From an uncultured Candidatus Saccharibacteria bacterium (GTDB taxonomy: Bacteria > Patescibacteriota > Minisyncoccia > Phycocordibacterales > WO2-35-19): DNA of 56,332 nt. Shown here in pieces: positions 9,252 to 18,076 of the stretch (position 1 is its first letter; the number at the start of each line of letters is the position of its first letter). Below the pieces are notes generated by a model. That model worked only from the letters and a program-made list of their open reading frames with translations. It did no database searches and was not told where the DNA came from. The stretch spans positions 1 through 56,332 of the forward strand of contig CAYTTP010000003.1 of the NCBI GenBank assembly GCA_964440955.1. Reading direction: 5' to 3'. The position numbers were made by a program, and so were the translations under genes.

Positions 9252-9515
9252 ATGCCTGTCATCAAAAGCTTGCTCAATCAAATAGCCACACTCTTTTTGA
9301 ACCCGCTCATCATTCTTGGTTTTGTTGTTGCTACACTCTATCTTTTTTGGGGTATTGGGCAAATGATACTAAACGCCGACTCAAGCAAGCTCGACGAACA
9401 TCGGAAGGGAGTTATTTGGGGCGTTGTTGGCTTACTTATCATGTTCTCCGTTTACGGCATTCTCCGTCTTGTTATCCAAACTTTTGAGATCGAGTGTAAT
9501 TTGTATTTTTGTTAG
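9252..9515 (+). CDS. TrbC/VirB2-like pilin family protein (paralog 8)
   Basis: LYLFWGIGQMILNADSSKLDEHRKGVIWGVVGLLIMFSVYGILRLV. Confidence 0.45.
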   Translation: MPVIKSLLNQIATLFLNPLIILGFVVATLYLFWGIGQMILNADSSKLDEHRKGVIWGVVGLLIMFSVYGILRLVIQTFEIECNLYFC

Positions 9516-9548
9516 TTCCATTTAGAAAAATAAAAAAATAAGCATGAA

Positions 9549-9574
9549 AAAAGGGGCGCTAGCGCGCCCCTTTC
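9549..9574. terminator. bidirectional GC-rich hairpin terminator between convergent genes
   Basis: aaaggggcgc-tagc-gcgcccctttt perfect hairpin with A-run and T-run on either side. Confidence 0.5.
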
Positions 9575-10353
9575 GGTGGGAAGAACATGATGCCCACCTC
9601 CATTTTGCCTGGGTCCCGCTTGCGAACCCAGAGTTTCTCGGCATTCAGATGCACCCGCACCTTTGCTGCTGGGTCGAAACTCCTCTTTTCTCCCCGCTCG
9701 TTCAGGTATTCGATTGCCTCTTTTGTCGAGATGTTGTAAGTCCAGTTTACAGGGATTGTGACCCCTCCATTAAAGGTCTCACTATCTACCTCCAATTTGT
9801 AGGAGAACTCCCTGCCGATCTTCGGCGCCCAGCACTGAGCACTTCCGTGCCAAGCGATGAGCCCGACTTCATGGTACATTTTGACCATCTTCTGAAACTT
9901 CTCCTGAGTCTCAAAAAGGTCGGTCTCACACATCGCGACGGCTCGGAGTTCTTTTGGAGCCTTTGAGAGCATTCGCTCAAAGTTTTTCCTCTCCTTGAAT
10001 TCTTTGGCGGTTAGATCTCCACGGTCTACCACCGTATATGCTGTGGTGAGGAAAGCCACAGCTAAGATTGCTCCTAACCATTTTGCTGCTTTTTGAGCAG
10101 TCGGGTGGGGCTTCTTATCTGGGCCTTCCAAGGTATTCAAGAGGGCAACAATGAAGATGCCTAAATTGAAGACAACCAGAGAAAGTCCAGAAAAAAACAA
10201 GATTCTCCACATCCATGGTATGGCCTGGGAGATCAGCACATTGGCTAAAACAAGAGAGCCAATAATGATGATGGTATTATTCTTAAGTCTCTGCTGCTCT
10301 TCGGGTGTACCCGCAAGCATCAGAAGAAGCTTCTTGATTTTATTTGTGTTCAT
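9559..10353 (-). CDS. hypothetical membrane protein
   Basis: Start moved to MNTNKIKK (AGAGAGG ribosome-binding site); three predicted transmembrane helices then a soluble C-terminal domain; no family recognised. Confidence 0.45.
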   Translation of the reverse strand: MNTNKIKKLLLMLAGTPEEQQRLKNNTIIIIGSLVLANVLISQAIPWMWRILFFSGLSLVVFNLGIFIVALLNTLEGPDKKPHPTAQKAAKWLGAILAVAFLTTAYTVVDRGDLTAKEFKERKNFERMLSKAPKELRAVAMCETDLFETQEKFQKMVKMYHEVGLIAWHGSAQCWAPKIGREFSYKLEVDSETFNGGVTIPVNWTYNISTKEAIEYLNERGEKRSFDPAAKVRVHLNAEKLWVRKRDPGKMEVGIMFFPPKGAR

Positions 10354-10437
10354 TTGTACCTCTCTTACCATTATATCATATTTAGATAAAAAGTAAAGGG
10401 CTACCGGAATCCGGTAGCCCTTGGTTGAAAGGGTTGC

Positions 10438-11895
10438 TTATGGGTGAGGTTTCGGTGTTGCTGTGGGGTTCGTGGGTGGGGGTGGGGCTGAAGTAGGAGT
10501 GGTTACTATGGTCTGTACTGCTTTGGTTAGTGATCCAATAATGGATAAATCCATCGGCAGGATCACACCTCCTTTCCCTTGACTGGCTTCAACTGCCGCT
10601 TCAGTTTTCACAATGAGTTCACCCATAGGTGAATCACCGAGTGCGGCAATCTTAGCTTTGATACCAGCGGCTTCAGCAAGCATGTCAGCTTGTTTAGCTG
10701 ATGCATTACCTGCTCCTTCGTTGATCTTCTTTTTCTTGTCACCTTCAGAGATGTTAATCGTCGACTGCCGGGTACCCTCTGAAGCAGTGACGATAGCGGC
10801 TTTTTTGTAGCCAGCCTCCACTGCGTGCGCCATCTCCTTATTGACGTCTTTGGGGAAACCAGGGTCTTTGATGGAGACACTGATTAGATTTACTCCTAGG
10901 TTCGGGTTGGGGTTAGTAAGGCCTTGTTGGCTATTCGGCTCCCCGATCAACTGTTCGATTCGGTATCTGATAATAGCGCAAACAATGTCTTTGTGTGCGT
11001 TCATCATACCTGCCGTCATGACACCGGTGAGCTCTTGGATTGTTCCCTTTGCCACATTAGCGATATTTCTACTCAGTGTTTCAATATCACCAAGAGTAGA
11101 AATGAACTTGCCAGCGTCCTCGATCCTGTATGACAGGATTAGGCGTGGTTCGCATGTGATGGCTTGGTGTAGTGGGTCGTTCTTTGATTTCCCGTACTTC
11201 TGCACTTCTGGTAATCCTATCCTTAGGGCATCTGGGATATTACCTATGGTCCCTTTTGCCAAGAGGAGAGCGTCTATCGACGGGAAAGTCACTCTGAATG
11301 GCGCTCTGTCCAGAAAAGTGTTGTTGATTTTATCATCCACAATTGCTTTTCCGAGTGTATCTGTAAGATGGGACCCAACCTCCGTTTGGATGACATTTTC
11401 AGTCACTGTCTCTATCCTGTTTAATAAGGCAAAGACATAGTATAGGCCAGGCCCGACCTTCCCCTTATTGCGTTCAAGTTGGAGTCTTACCCCAATTTCG
11501 CCAATGACGACTCTTTTGAAGCTTATCAGTACATGCAGTGTAACTGCGATGCATGCGAGAGGCAGCCAGTTTGACTCTTCATCGCTTAGCACCATCCCCA
11601 CCATGATTACGGTAGGGTATGTTACTAGCGCTAACAAGGCATCAATCTGTGATAACAATGACTGGGGCCCGTTTACGGGAGGTATGTACTTAAACAACCT
11701 CCTGCCGTAGTATATTGTGGCCACTAGCATCGCAATTCCCACGGCATAGATGATATTCCACGGGAAACCATAGGTGACTACGCTTTGTAGCCATCCCCAG
11801 ATTTCTTTCAGTCTTGCTACTGTGTTTATTACTGCCACGAGTAGCCCGAGGATACCACCGGCCCACCATGCAATCTTCTTCTTTCTGGGCGACAT
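10438..11895 (-). CDS. SPFH/band-7 (flotillin-like) domain protein
   Basis: N-terminal transmembrane helices then an SPFH-like core (RIETVTENVIQTEVGSHLTDTLGKAIVDDK...LGDIETLSRNIANVAKGTIQELTGVMTAGMMNAHKDIV), Ala/Lys coiled coil and a Pro-rich tail. Confidence 0.55.
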   Translation of the reverse strand: MSPRKKKIAWWAGGILGLLVAVINTVARLKEIWGWLQSVVTYGFPWNIIYAVGIAMLVATIYYGRRLFKYIPPVNGPQSLLSQIDALLALVTYPTVIMVGMVLSDEESNWLPLACIAVTLHVLISFKRVVIGEIGVRLQLERNKGKVGPGLYYVFALLNRIETVTENVIQTEVGSHLTDTLGKAIVDDKINNTFLDRAPFRVTFPSIDALLLAKGTIGNIPDALRIGLPEVQKYGKSKNDPLHQAITCEPRLILSYRIEDAGKFISTLGDIETLSRNIANVAKGTIQELTGVMTAGMMNAHKDIVCAIIRYRIEQLIGEPNSQQGLTNPNPNLGVNLISVSIKDPGFPKDVNKEMAHAVEAGYKKAAIVTASEGTRQSTINISEGDKKKKINEGAGNASAKQADMLAEAAGIKAKIAALGDSPMGELIVKTEAAVEASQGKGGVILPMDLSIIGSLTKAVQTIVTTPTSAPPPPTNPTATPKPHP

Positions 11896-12039
11896 AAATC
11901 TCCTTCTTAAGGTTGAACTATTTCTAGTCGCTATTATATCACTATTTCATAAAAAAGCAAGATTTGAGGTTGTGGGAATAGGTGTTGTGTGGTAAGGTTG
12001 TTTTAGGTCTTCATTTGAGATAACAGCTGTTACTTGTCG

Positions 12040-12300
12040 GCTTTGGCTTAGCGGGTTTTGCCCGTCTTCGCTAAAGCTTTGGCGGGTGATAGAGGAAAGT
12101 CCGAACATGGGTCTCGACCGAAAGGTACGGGAAAGAGTAGCGGGTAACGCCCGTCGTGCGCAAGCATAGGGTTGCGAACAGAAACGATCCGGTTAAGTCC
12201 GGCTGAAACGGCAAAATACCTATTTCCATGCAAGGCCGTACTGGGAGATGAAAGTTTCTCAGGGTGCCGCTAAAAATCCCCATAAGGATTTTTATCCTGA
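12040..12300 (+). ncRNA. rnpB: RNase P RNA-like structured RNA (reduced bacterial type)
   Basis: P3-like hairpin cccgtc-ttcgctaaagcttt-ggcggg followed by GAGGAAAGUCCG (P4 5'-strand-like conserved region). Downstream GGGAAAGAGUAGCGGGUAACGCCCG (similar to the conserved-region II/III GGUAAGAGCGCACC), a GCAA tetraloop hairpin, and ACAGAAACGAUCCGGUUAAG resembling conserved region V (ACAGAACCCGGCUUA). Boundaries approximate. Confidence 0.4.
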
Positions 12301-12827
12301 GCTAATTTAGGTACATATATCTAAATTGGTCGAAGGATTCTAATCATTAAGGATTGATGATTCGTTTGGCAACAAACGCAACAGATGAATTGTTATCACC
12401 AATTTTGTCTACCGGAGGTAGTAACAAAATTGAGTGTCCCGCGAAACGTAGTGGAGTGGGGCATATCCAACTTCGCCTTTCGATAAACTCAAGGCTACGC
12501 TGGATGCTCAATTTTGCAGCTACTTGCAGTAGGCAAAATTGGCACAGAATTCGGCTTATGATAATGAAGATCGAAAAATGCAAAAACCGCCCCTCAAAGG
12601 CGGTTTTTGCTTCCTCAATTTTTTCTCATCTTTTATTTTTAATCCAATTACACAAGTTTTTACGATCGTGAAAACTTGTGTAGAGAGTATTTTTTTATTT
12701 TTATTGGAAATTTCCAGAATATCCCACGAGCTTGCTGTGGGGATGAATGGAAGTAAACAACCACCAGACTTAGGTCCGGTGGTTGTTTACATATCTAAAA
12801 ATATGTATATTGAATGTGGAGGTGGTT

Positions 12828-13439
12828 ATGAAAAAAGTGATCGCGGTGTTTGTTTGGACATTCTCACTTTTTGCCCAGCAGGATAACGCTCTTGTTTGCG
12901 AAAACTATCCGATCACCGATGGTCGGACAATTGAACAGAGAGCGAAGAGTCTGATGCTGTTTAATTACAGCTCGGAATACTTTGTCAGGATCTTGAAAGA
13001 TCCAAAGAAAAAATCGTGTAGGATGAACGCAGTGGTCTTTCTTGGCTTTATTGGTGGCGACAAAGAAGCCAAATTTCTGCACGACCTTATTCATGAGAGA
13101 GGGAAGGTGGATGAGGATGAAGTGTATGTTCGGGGGCTCGCGGTGTTGGCTCTTGGCAATATGGCTCGACGTTGTGTTGTGCGAGCTACGCCATACCTAT
13201 TTAGCATCTGGAGATCGGCGATGGCGTCGGAGATCGGTCTACCAGCGCCCTATCCAGGTGTTGATCCAAACATCTATTTTGCCAATAAAGCTATATTTTC
13301 CCTAGGCAATATAGGTCTTGTTGAGATAGAAAATATACTCAACAGGTTTGAGGGGTATAATGGCGGTGTATATAGGGAAGTTACAAGGAAGGCGGTTCAG
13401 GTAAGTAAGGAAAAAAGAATGAAGGGTTGTGTTCCTTGA
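12828..13439 (+). CDS. secreted HEAT-like repeat protein (paralog A)
   Basis: ATG after GGAGGTGG; signal peptide MKKVIAVFVWTFSLFA; HEAT-like segments NAVVFLGFIGGDKEA / VRGLAVLALGNMA. Confidence 0.45.
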   Translation: MKKVIAVFVWTFSLFAQQDNALVCENYPITDGRTIEQRAKSLMLFNYSSEYFVRILKDPKKKSCRMNAVVFLGFIGGDKEAKFLHDLIHERGKVDEDEVYVRGLAVLALGNMARRCVVRATPYLFSIWRSAMASEIGLPAPYPGVDPNIYFANKAIFSLGNIGLVEIENILNRFEGYNGGVYREVTRKAVQVSKEKRMKGCVP

Positions 13440-13460
13440 CTCCAAGTGGCAAGAATTTTG

Positions 13461-13487
13461 GCCGGCGCGCTCGCGCGCCGGCTTTTC
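13461..13487 (+). terminator. rho-independent terminator
   Basis: gccggcgcgc-tc-gcgcgccggc hairpin plus TTTT. Confidence 0.6.
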
Positions 13488-13527
13488 ATATGTCTAAAAA
13501 ATATGTATATTAAACGTGGAGGTGGCT

Positions 13528-14163
13528 ATGAAAACTATCATTGCCGTGCTGTTTGCTTTTGTCGGCCTCTTCGGAGCCGACACGGAAAGTTTTATTTGTC
13601 GAGAGCCATTCGACTTGCATGGCTTCGGTCGTTTGGACCGGACCGAGAAGGTGAGGGATGAAATCCGCTCGCTCACTGGGTCCGACAACCCTGTTTGCGC
13701 TCGGAACGCTCTCCGCGCACTCGGACTCATGGGAGACCTTGAGTTTCTCACTTCAAGGTTCAGTCACGGAGAAGGTGAGCTCAGTCACGAAACATACAGC
13801 GATAAACTCGCGACCATGTCGGAGATCACAATGATTGCGATGAACTTTAAGGATGAGAGGGTGGGTAAGGATGCCCTCTTGTTTATGAAGGGTATTGCGG
13901 TTGACAATAGTTTGCCTTGGTGGCACGGCGCCTCAGAGGTCTTGGGAAGAAGTAAATACGACTCCACCAAGATCTTCACTGTGACAATGTTGTCGCGATT
14001 AGGGACGGAGGATGTGGAGAAATTCCTCCTATACGCCAAGGAGTCGGGGGTGATCTTTGGCAAGGGGAGGCTGGTTGATGTTTTGGACGCCGCTATTGAG
14101 GACAACTCAAAAAGAGCTTTCGAATATTTCTTCCACGGCCTATTCAGTCACCGTATGCCGTAG
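13528..14163 (+). CDS. secreted HEAT-like repeat protein (paralog B)
   Basis: Same upstream 40-bp block (tctaaaaatatgtatatt..gtggaggtgg) and ribosome-binding site as paralog A; signal peptide MKTIIAVLFAFVGLFG; NALRALGLMGDLE repeat. Confidence 0.45.
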   Translation: MKTIIAVLFAFVGLFGADTESFICREPFDLHGFGRLDRTEKVRDEIRSLTGSDNPVCARNALRALGLMGDLEFLTSRFSHGEGELSHETYSDKLATMSEITMIAMNFKDERVGKDALLFMKGIAVDNSLPWWHGASEVLGRSKYDSTKIFTVTMLSRLGTEDVEKFLLYAKESGVIFGKGRLVDVLDAAIEDNSKRAFEYFFHGLFSHRMP

Positions 14164-14196
14164 GGCGGGTGACACGACCTATCTACTCCCCACCAA

Positions 14197-14230
14197 AAGC
14201 CGGCGCACCCCGCCGGCTTTCATTTTTTAT
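14197..14230 (+). terminator. rho-independent terminator
   Basis: aaagccggcg-caccc-cgccggcttt hairpin followed by a T-run. Confidence 0.55.
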
Positions 14231-14347
14231 ATTCACACATTAATTTTTTGCTAGCTTAAAATCTTAGGTTAAAATACTTTTTCAACCAAAAACTATCTTG
14301 CTTATCACCCCATCTCCCCCAATATCAGCCATAGCTGATATTGGGGT

Positions 14348-14698
14348 TTAACCTCTAATTTTTATAATTAATTTTCTGATTAAATATCCCAAGACAAAGC
14401 CAGCGATAGCTAATATTATTGGTATATAAATATGATTAAAATCTCCTGCTACAAAATAAAGTATGGCTGGTAGTAATAACCAAAACTTTATTTTTGATGA
14501 TTCAAAAAATATTGGTACGAAAAAAATATATGCCAGCGGTACTCCTACTAGTGAGATCAATATATCCTTACTTACCCCTCTGGTGTTGTCATATTGTGGA
14601 GAAAATTTATCATACCAGTTACCAAATATATCTGACAAAAAATAACTGATAATTAAAACAGCTACAAACAACAATGTATTTTTTAAAAAATTTTTCAT
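14348..14698 (-). CDS. hypothetical membrane protein (4 transmembrane helices)
   Basis: 116-aa hydrophobic ORF abutting (2-nt overlap) the upstream large secreted protein gene. Confidence 0.4.
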   Translation of the reverse strand: MKNFLKNTLLFVAVLIISYFLSDIFGNWYDKFSPQYDNTRGVSKDILISLVGVPLAYIFFVPIFFESSKIKFWLLLPAILYFVAGDFNHIYIPIILAIAGFVLGYLIRKLIIKIRG

Positions 14699-14699
14699 A

Positions 14700-17249
14700 T
14701 TAATTATTCTTTAGTATAAATTCTAAATCTTTTTGTAATAAATCAAATGCTTCTTTAGTTATTTTGTTTTTCCTTACCAGTAATTTTAGCTCGGTCTCTA
14801 AAAGTCTCAACAATATTTTGTCAACAACTTTTTCAAATTTTCCATTGCGCTTTTTTTCGGACTTAACTATTAGCTTTGCTTGAGCGATCAAAGCTTCCTT
14901 GGTGCCTCTGTCTTTGATCCACTTCATACGATAGGCGCCTTCTATATCCTGAATCAACAGCTCGAGGGTGACTTGTCTTTCTGTTTCTATGACGTCTGGC
15001 TTACTTTCGTCGATCTTTATCTCTAAATCTGTTATTTGGTTTGGGGATGTTACTCCTTCTATTGTACTTGTAGCCACTTTTGTTTCGGTGATAAAACTTG
15101 TGAGTACTGTGTATTTGCCACCACTGTCAGTACCTTGAGTTTGTACCTTGTATTCTCCGTCCTGTGGATTGAGGATCACGATATACTCTTGGTCGGTCTG
15201 GTGGCCGGAATAAAATGCACCTGGTATTTGATCGTATTCGGTGTTAGTTGAAAAATCTTTGCCCACTTTTTTGCCATCAGGCGCAGTGACGACAAAGTCT
15301 ACAGGGGAGAGTAATTGAATTATCAAAGCCTTGCTATCTAGACCATAATTATTATCGAACGTGACAACTGGTTCTTTGCCCGTAAGTGTCTTGAATATTA
15401 TTCTTTGTGCTAATACCGGTATTCTGTCATGTGAAGCAGTTATTGTTTCGTTTGTAATAGATGGGTGTAAGGTCGACCCAATCAATGTGACTGTATTGTC
15501 TCCTGACCCTCTTTCTAATCCTTTATCGCCTGTTATTACATAAAAACCATCCGGTTCACCATGCTCCCACAGGCCAAGTTTATTACTAGGAACGATCCTT
15601 ATCTTTTCTATTGTCTTGTCTTCTCCAGAATCTCCGACAATATTTGTTATCTTTACTCCTGAGTTCAATAATTTATTTATCCCTGTCTGACTGTTCAAAT
15701 CTTCAAGAAAGTTATTTCTTGGGTAATTGGTAGGGTAGGTCCGCATTGCCACAGTACTTTTATCTTTCAGATAATCAAAGGTCGGTAGTAGCTCTTGGAC
15801 CGAAGTTATAGGTCTGTTTTGGATGTAGCTAAATATATTTTTGTAGCCATTTTTTAATGCCTCAGCTTGAAAGAAAGATTCAGCAAACATATCAAAAAAT
15901 GTATCTGGAAATCTTCCCCCCTCCCACTGCAAGTACGCTTTAGGCGAGCCTTGGTGAGGGGTGCCGAGGAAGATGAGTTGGTCAATATCGTTTTGATAAT
16001 GGTTTGATTGAATGTATTGCCTTGCGACTAGTCCTCCCATCGAGTGAGCTACTACATCGACTTTGTAGCAGGAAGTATCGTTTAGGTTTGCTAAGGTACA
16101 GGCTTCTTTCGCTTCGTTTATTTTTGTCCTCAAAGAGAGAGCGGTGAGTACGTTGGAGTCACGCCATTCGTAAGGGAAGGGGAATAAAGTTTTTTCTTTT
16201 TCGTAACCGTTTGCTGTAAGGGTGTCGATGAGGTCATCATAAGCGTGAAGGATAGGGTCGATCACTAGTTTGCCATTTTTGTAAGCGCTCCCCATGATAC
16301 CAGGTACGATGATGACCGGATTTATTTTTTGTTCCGTGCCGGGTAGAGAAGTGAGGAACGGGCTGAACAATACATTGCCACGCACTTTTTCTCGCGGGTC
16401 ATTTATTTCTCCATTTACTACTATTGGTCCAGCTGCATCGTTCCACCAATTATTGATCGCATTTAGCGTGTTTGTTGATTCATTGAAAACTGCGTATTCT
16501 TTGTTGTTCTCAAAAACTGAATCAGTCACATCTATATTGCCATCCACCATTCTTATGCCAGCTAAATTGTCTTTAAATACTGATTTTCTGATTGTGCTTG
16601 TGCCGTTATTTTGATAAATACCATAAATATTGTCTTCAAAAATTGAATCAGTAATATCAAGACTACCTTCGACATTTTGGATCGCGTATCCGTGGTTATA
16701 ATGTCCGACCGACCAATCAAAGAGAGTAGCGTAATTTCTTTTGAATTCAGAGTTTTTTATTGAAACATTTCCATTTAATATCCTGATTGCTGAATATTTG
16801 CCCCACCCATATCCGGCCGCGCCTGCATCTTTCAAAATAAGATTTTCTATTTCACCGACCCCGCCTTCTTTAAAATGTAGACCTTGCCAACTGCCTGGAG
16901 TTGAAGAGCTGGTTTCGCTATCTTCGTTTGTGTCGCCACCTATATCATCGAAAAAAGAAGTAAAAATTACCGGATTTTCTTTTGTGCCCTTTATTATTAT
17001 TTCACCCAAAATTGTTGGGCCATCGGTGCGAATATTTGTGTTTTTGGCTTTGACGACGACTCCTGCTTCGATCGTGAGTGTTGTATCGGGAAGTACCAAG
17101 AAATCACTATCAATAACATATACACCTCCAGTTGTTGTCCAAGTAGTGTCGCTTGAAATCGGGGCGGTAACAAATGTATCGGCACTTGCGATTTTTGAGC
17201 TAAATAAAAAGAGGGAGAGTAAGACGATTTTGCCGACAACGTTATTCAT
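14700..17249 (-). CDS. secreted multidomain protein: right-handed beta-helix repeats plus alpha/beta-hydrolase (lipase-like GHSMGG) domain
   Basis: Signal peptide; parallel beta-helix repeat signatures (NSEFKRNYATLFD, DSIFEDNIYGIYQNNGTS, SVFKDNLAGIRM, SVFENNKEYAV); lipase/esterase nucleophile elbow VVAHSMGGLVARQYI. Confidence 0.55.
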   Translation of the reverse strand: MNNVVGKIVLLSLFLFSSKIASADTFVTAPISSDTTWTTTGGVYVIDSDFLVLPDTTLTIEAGVVVKAKNTNIRTDGPTILGEIIIKGTKENPVIFTSFFDDIGGDTNEDSETSSSTPGSWQGLHFKEGGVGEIENLILKDAGAAGYGWGKYSAIRILNGNVSIKNSEFKRNYATLFDWSVGHYNHGYAIQNVEGSLDITDSIFEDNIYGIYQNNGTSTIRKSVFKDNLAGIRMVDGNIDVTDSVFENNKEYAVFNESTNTLNAINNWWNDAAGPIVVNGEINDPREKVRGNVLFSPFLTSLPGTEQKINPVIIVPGIMGSAYKNGKLVIDPILHAYDDLIDTLTANGYEKEKTLFPFPYEWRDSNVLTALSLRTKINEAKEACTLANLNDTSCYKVDVVAHSMGGLVARQYIQSNHYQNDIDQLIFLGTPHQGSPKAYLQWEGGRFPDTFFDMFAESFFQAEALKNGYKNIFSYIQNRPITSVQELLPTFDYLKDKSTVAMRTYPTNYPRNNFLEDLNSQTGINKLLNSGVKITNIVGDSGEDKTIEKIRIVPSNKLGLWEHGEPDGFYVITGDKGLERGSGDNTVTLIGSTLHPSITNETITASHDRIPVLAQRIIFKTLTGKEPVVTFDNNYGLDSKALIIQLLSPVDFVVTAPDGKKVGKDFSTNTEYDQIPGAFYSGHQTDQEYIVILNPQDGEYKVQTQGTDSGGKYTVLTSFITETKVATSTIEGVTSPNQITDLEIKIDESKPDVIETERQVTLELLIQDIEGAYRMKWIKDRGTKEALIAQAKLIVKSEKKRNGKFEKVVDKILLRLLETELKLLVRKNKITKEAFDLLQKDLEFILKNN

Positions 17250-17362
17250 ATAAATTGACCAGTAAAGCCTTTGAAATGGCTCTGCTTATAATTTGCCACC
17301 ATCATAACAAAAAAAATTTTGATAATTTTTAAAAATGGGGATAGTGGGGTATCATTGTAGCT

Positions 17363-17761
17363 ATGGAACAGGGTGTCGAACAAAAAAAGCGCATCAAATG
17401 GTGGATGGCTGGGTGTTTAGTCGCGGTAGCGGTTACAATCGACCTGATCCAACTTTTATTGACTTTGGTTGTTGTTGGGGCTGTGATAAGTCCAATCATA
17501 ACTATAGGAGCAACAATGCTCTTTTGGACATGGTATAAAATGCTCGGCATTTCTTTTGTGACCAATCCCAAGCAAATTGCGACTCTTACTACACAATTTT
17601 TTGGTGAATTGATACCTGTAGTTGATGTACTCCCACTTTGGACTATTGGTACTATCGTCACCATTGTTATCACTAATTCGGAAGACAAGGGAGGTTTGTT
17701 GGGCAAAGTGACATCTATTGCCGACTCCGCTACTCACTTCACGAGTGTGAAGAAGGTTTAA
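17363..17761 (+). CDS. hypothetical membrane protein
   Basis: 132-aa ORF with 3-4 predicted transmembrane helices. Confidence 0.35.
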   Translation: MEQGVEQKKRIKWWMAGCLVAVAVTIDLIQLLLTLVVVGAVISPIITIGATMLFWTWYKMLGISFVTNPKQIATLTTQFFGELIPVVDVLPLWTIGTIVTIVITNSEDKGGLLGKVTSIADSATHFTSVKKV

Positions 17762-17768
17762 AATTTTG

Positions 17769-17849
17769 TGCTGGGGGGGAGACTTGAACTCCCACGGATT
17801 ACTCCACTGGTTCCTAAGACCAGCGCGGCTACCATTACGCCACCCCAGC
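17769..17849 (-). tRNA. tRNA-Leu (anticodon TAG)
   Basis: Reverse complement: acceptor gctgggg/ccccagc, anticodon arm ctggt-cttagga-accag, long variable arm, T-arm gggag-ttcaagt-ctccc, discriminator A. Confidence 0.8.
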
Positions 17850-18003
17850 AGTGATTTGTGTTCATATAATACATCAAATTGATTATTTTTAAAGTGTTTT
17901 ATGTATAAATAAAAATCAAGATACAAACTTTCACGGCCGTGAAAAGTTGTATCAAAAGCATATTTCTTTGATATGAGAAGTATGTTATAAATATTCTGAT
18001 CGC

Positions 18004-18076
18004 CCGCCCGTAGCTCAGTTGGTAGAGCAGCTCCCTCTTAAGGAGATGGTCGTAGGTTCGACTCCTACCGGGCGGA
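18004..18076 (+). tRNA. tRNA-Lys (anticodon CTT)
   Basis: Acceptor ccgcccg/cgggcgg, D-arm gctc-agttggta-gagc, anticodon loop ctcttaa, T-arm gtagg-ttcgact-cctac, discriminator A. Confidence 0.8.

Noticed and set aside
6515-9515. CRISPR array or other regular repeat in the pilin region
   Set aside because: The periodicity comes from paralogous coding sequences (conserved WGVV..S.WG helices), not from short identical direct repeats with unique spacers.
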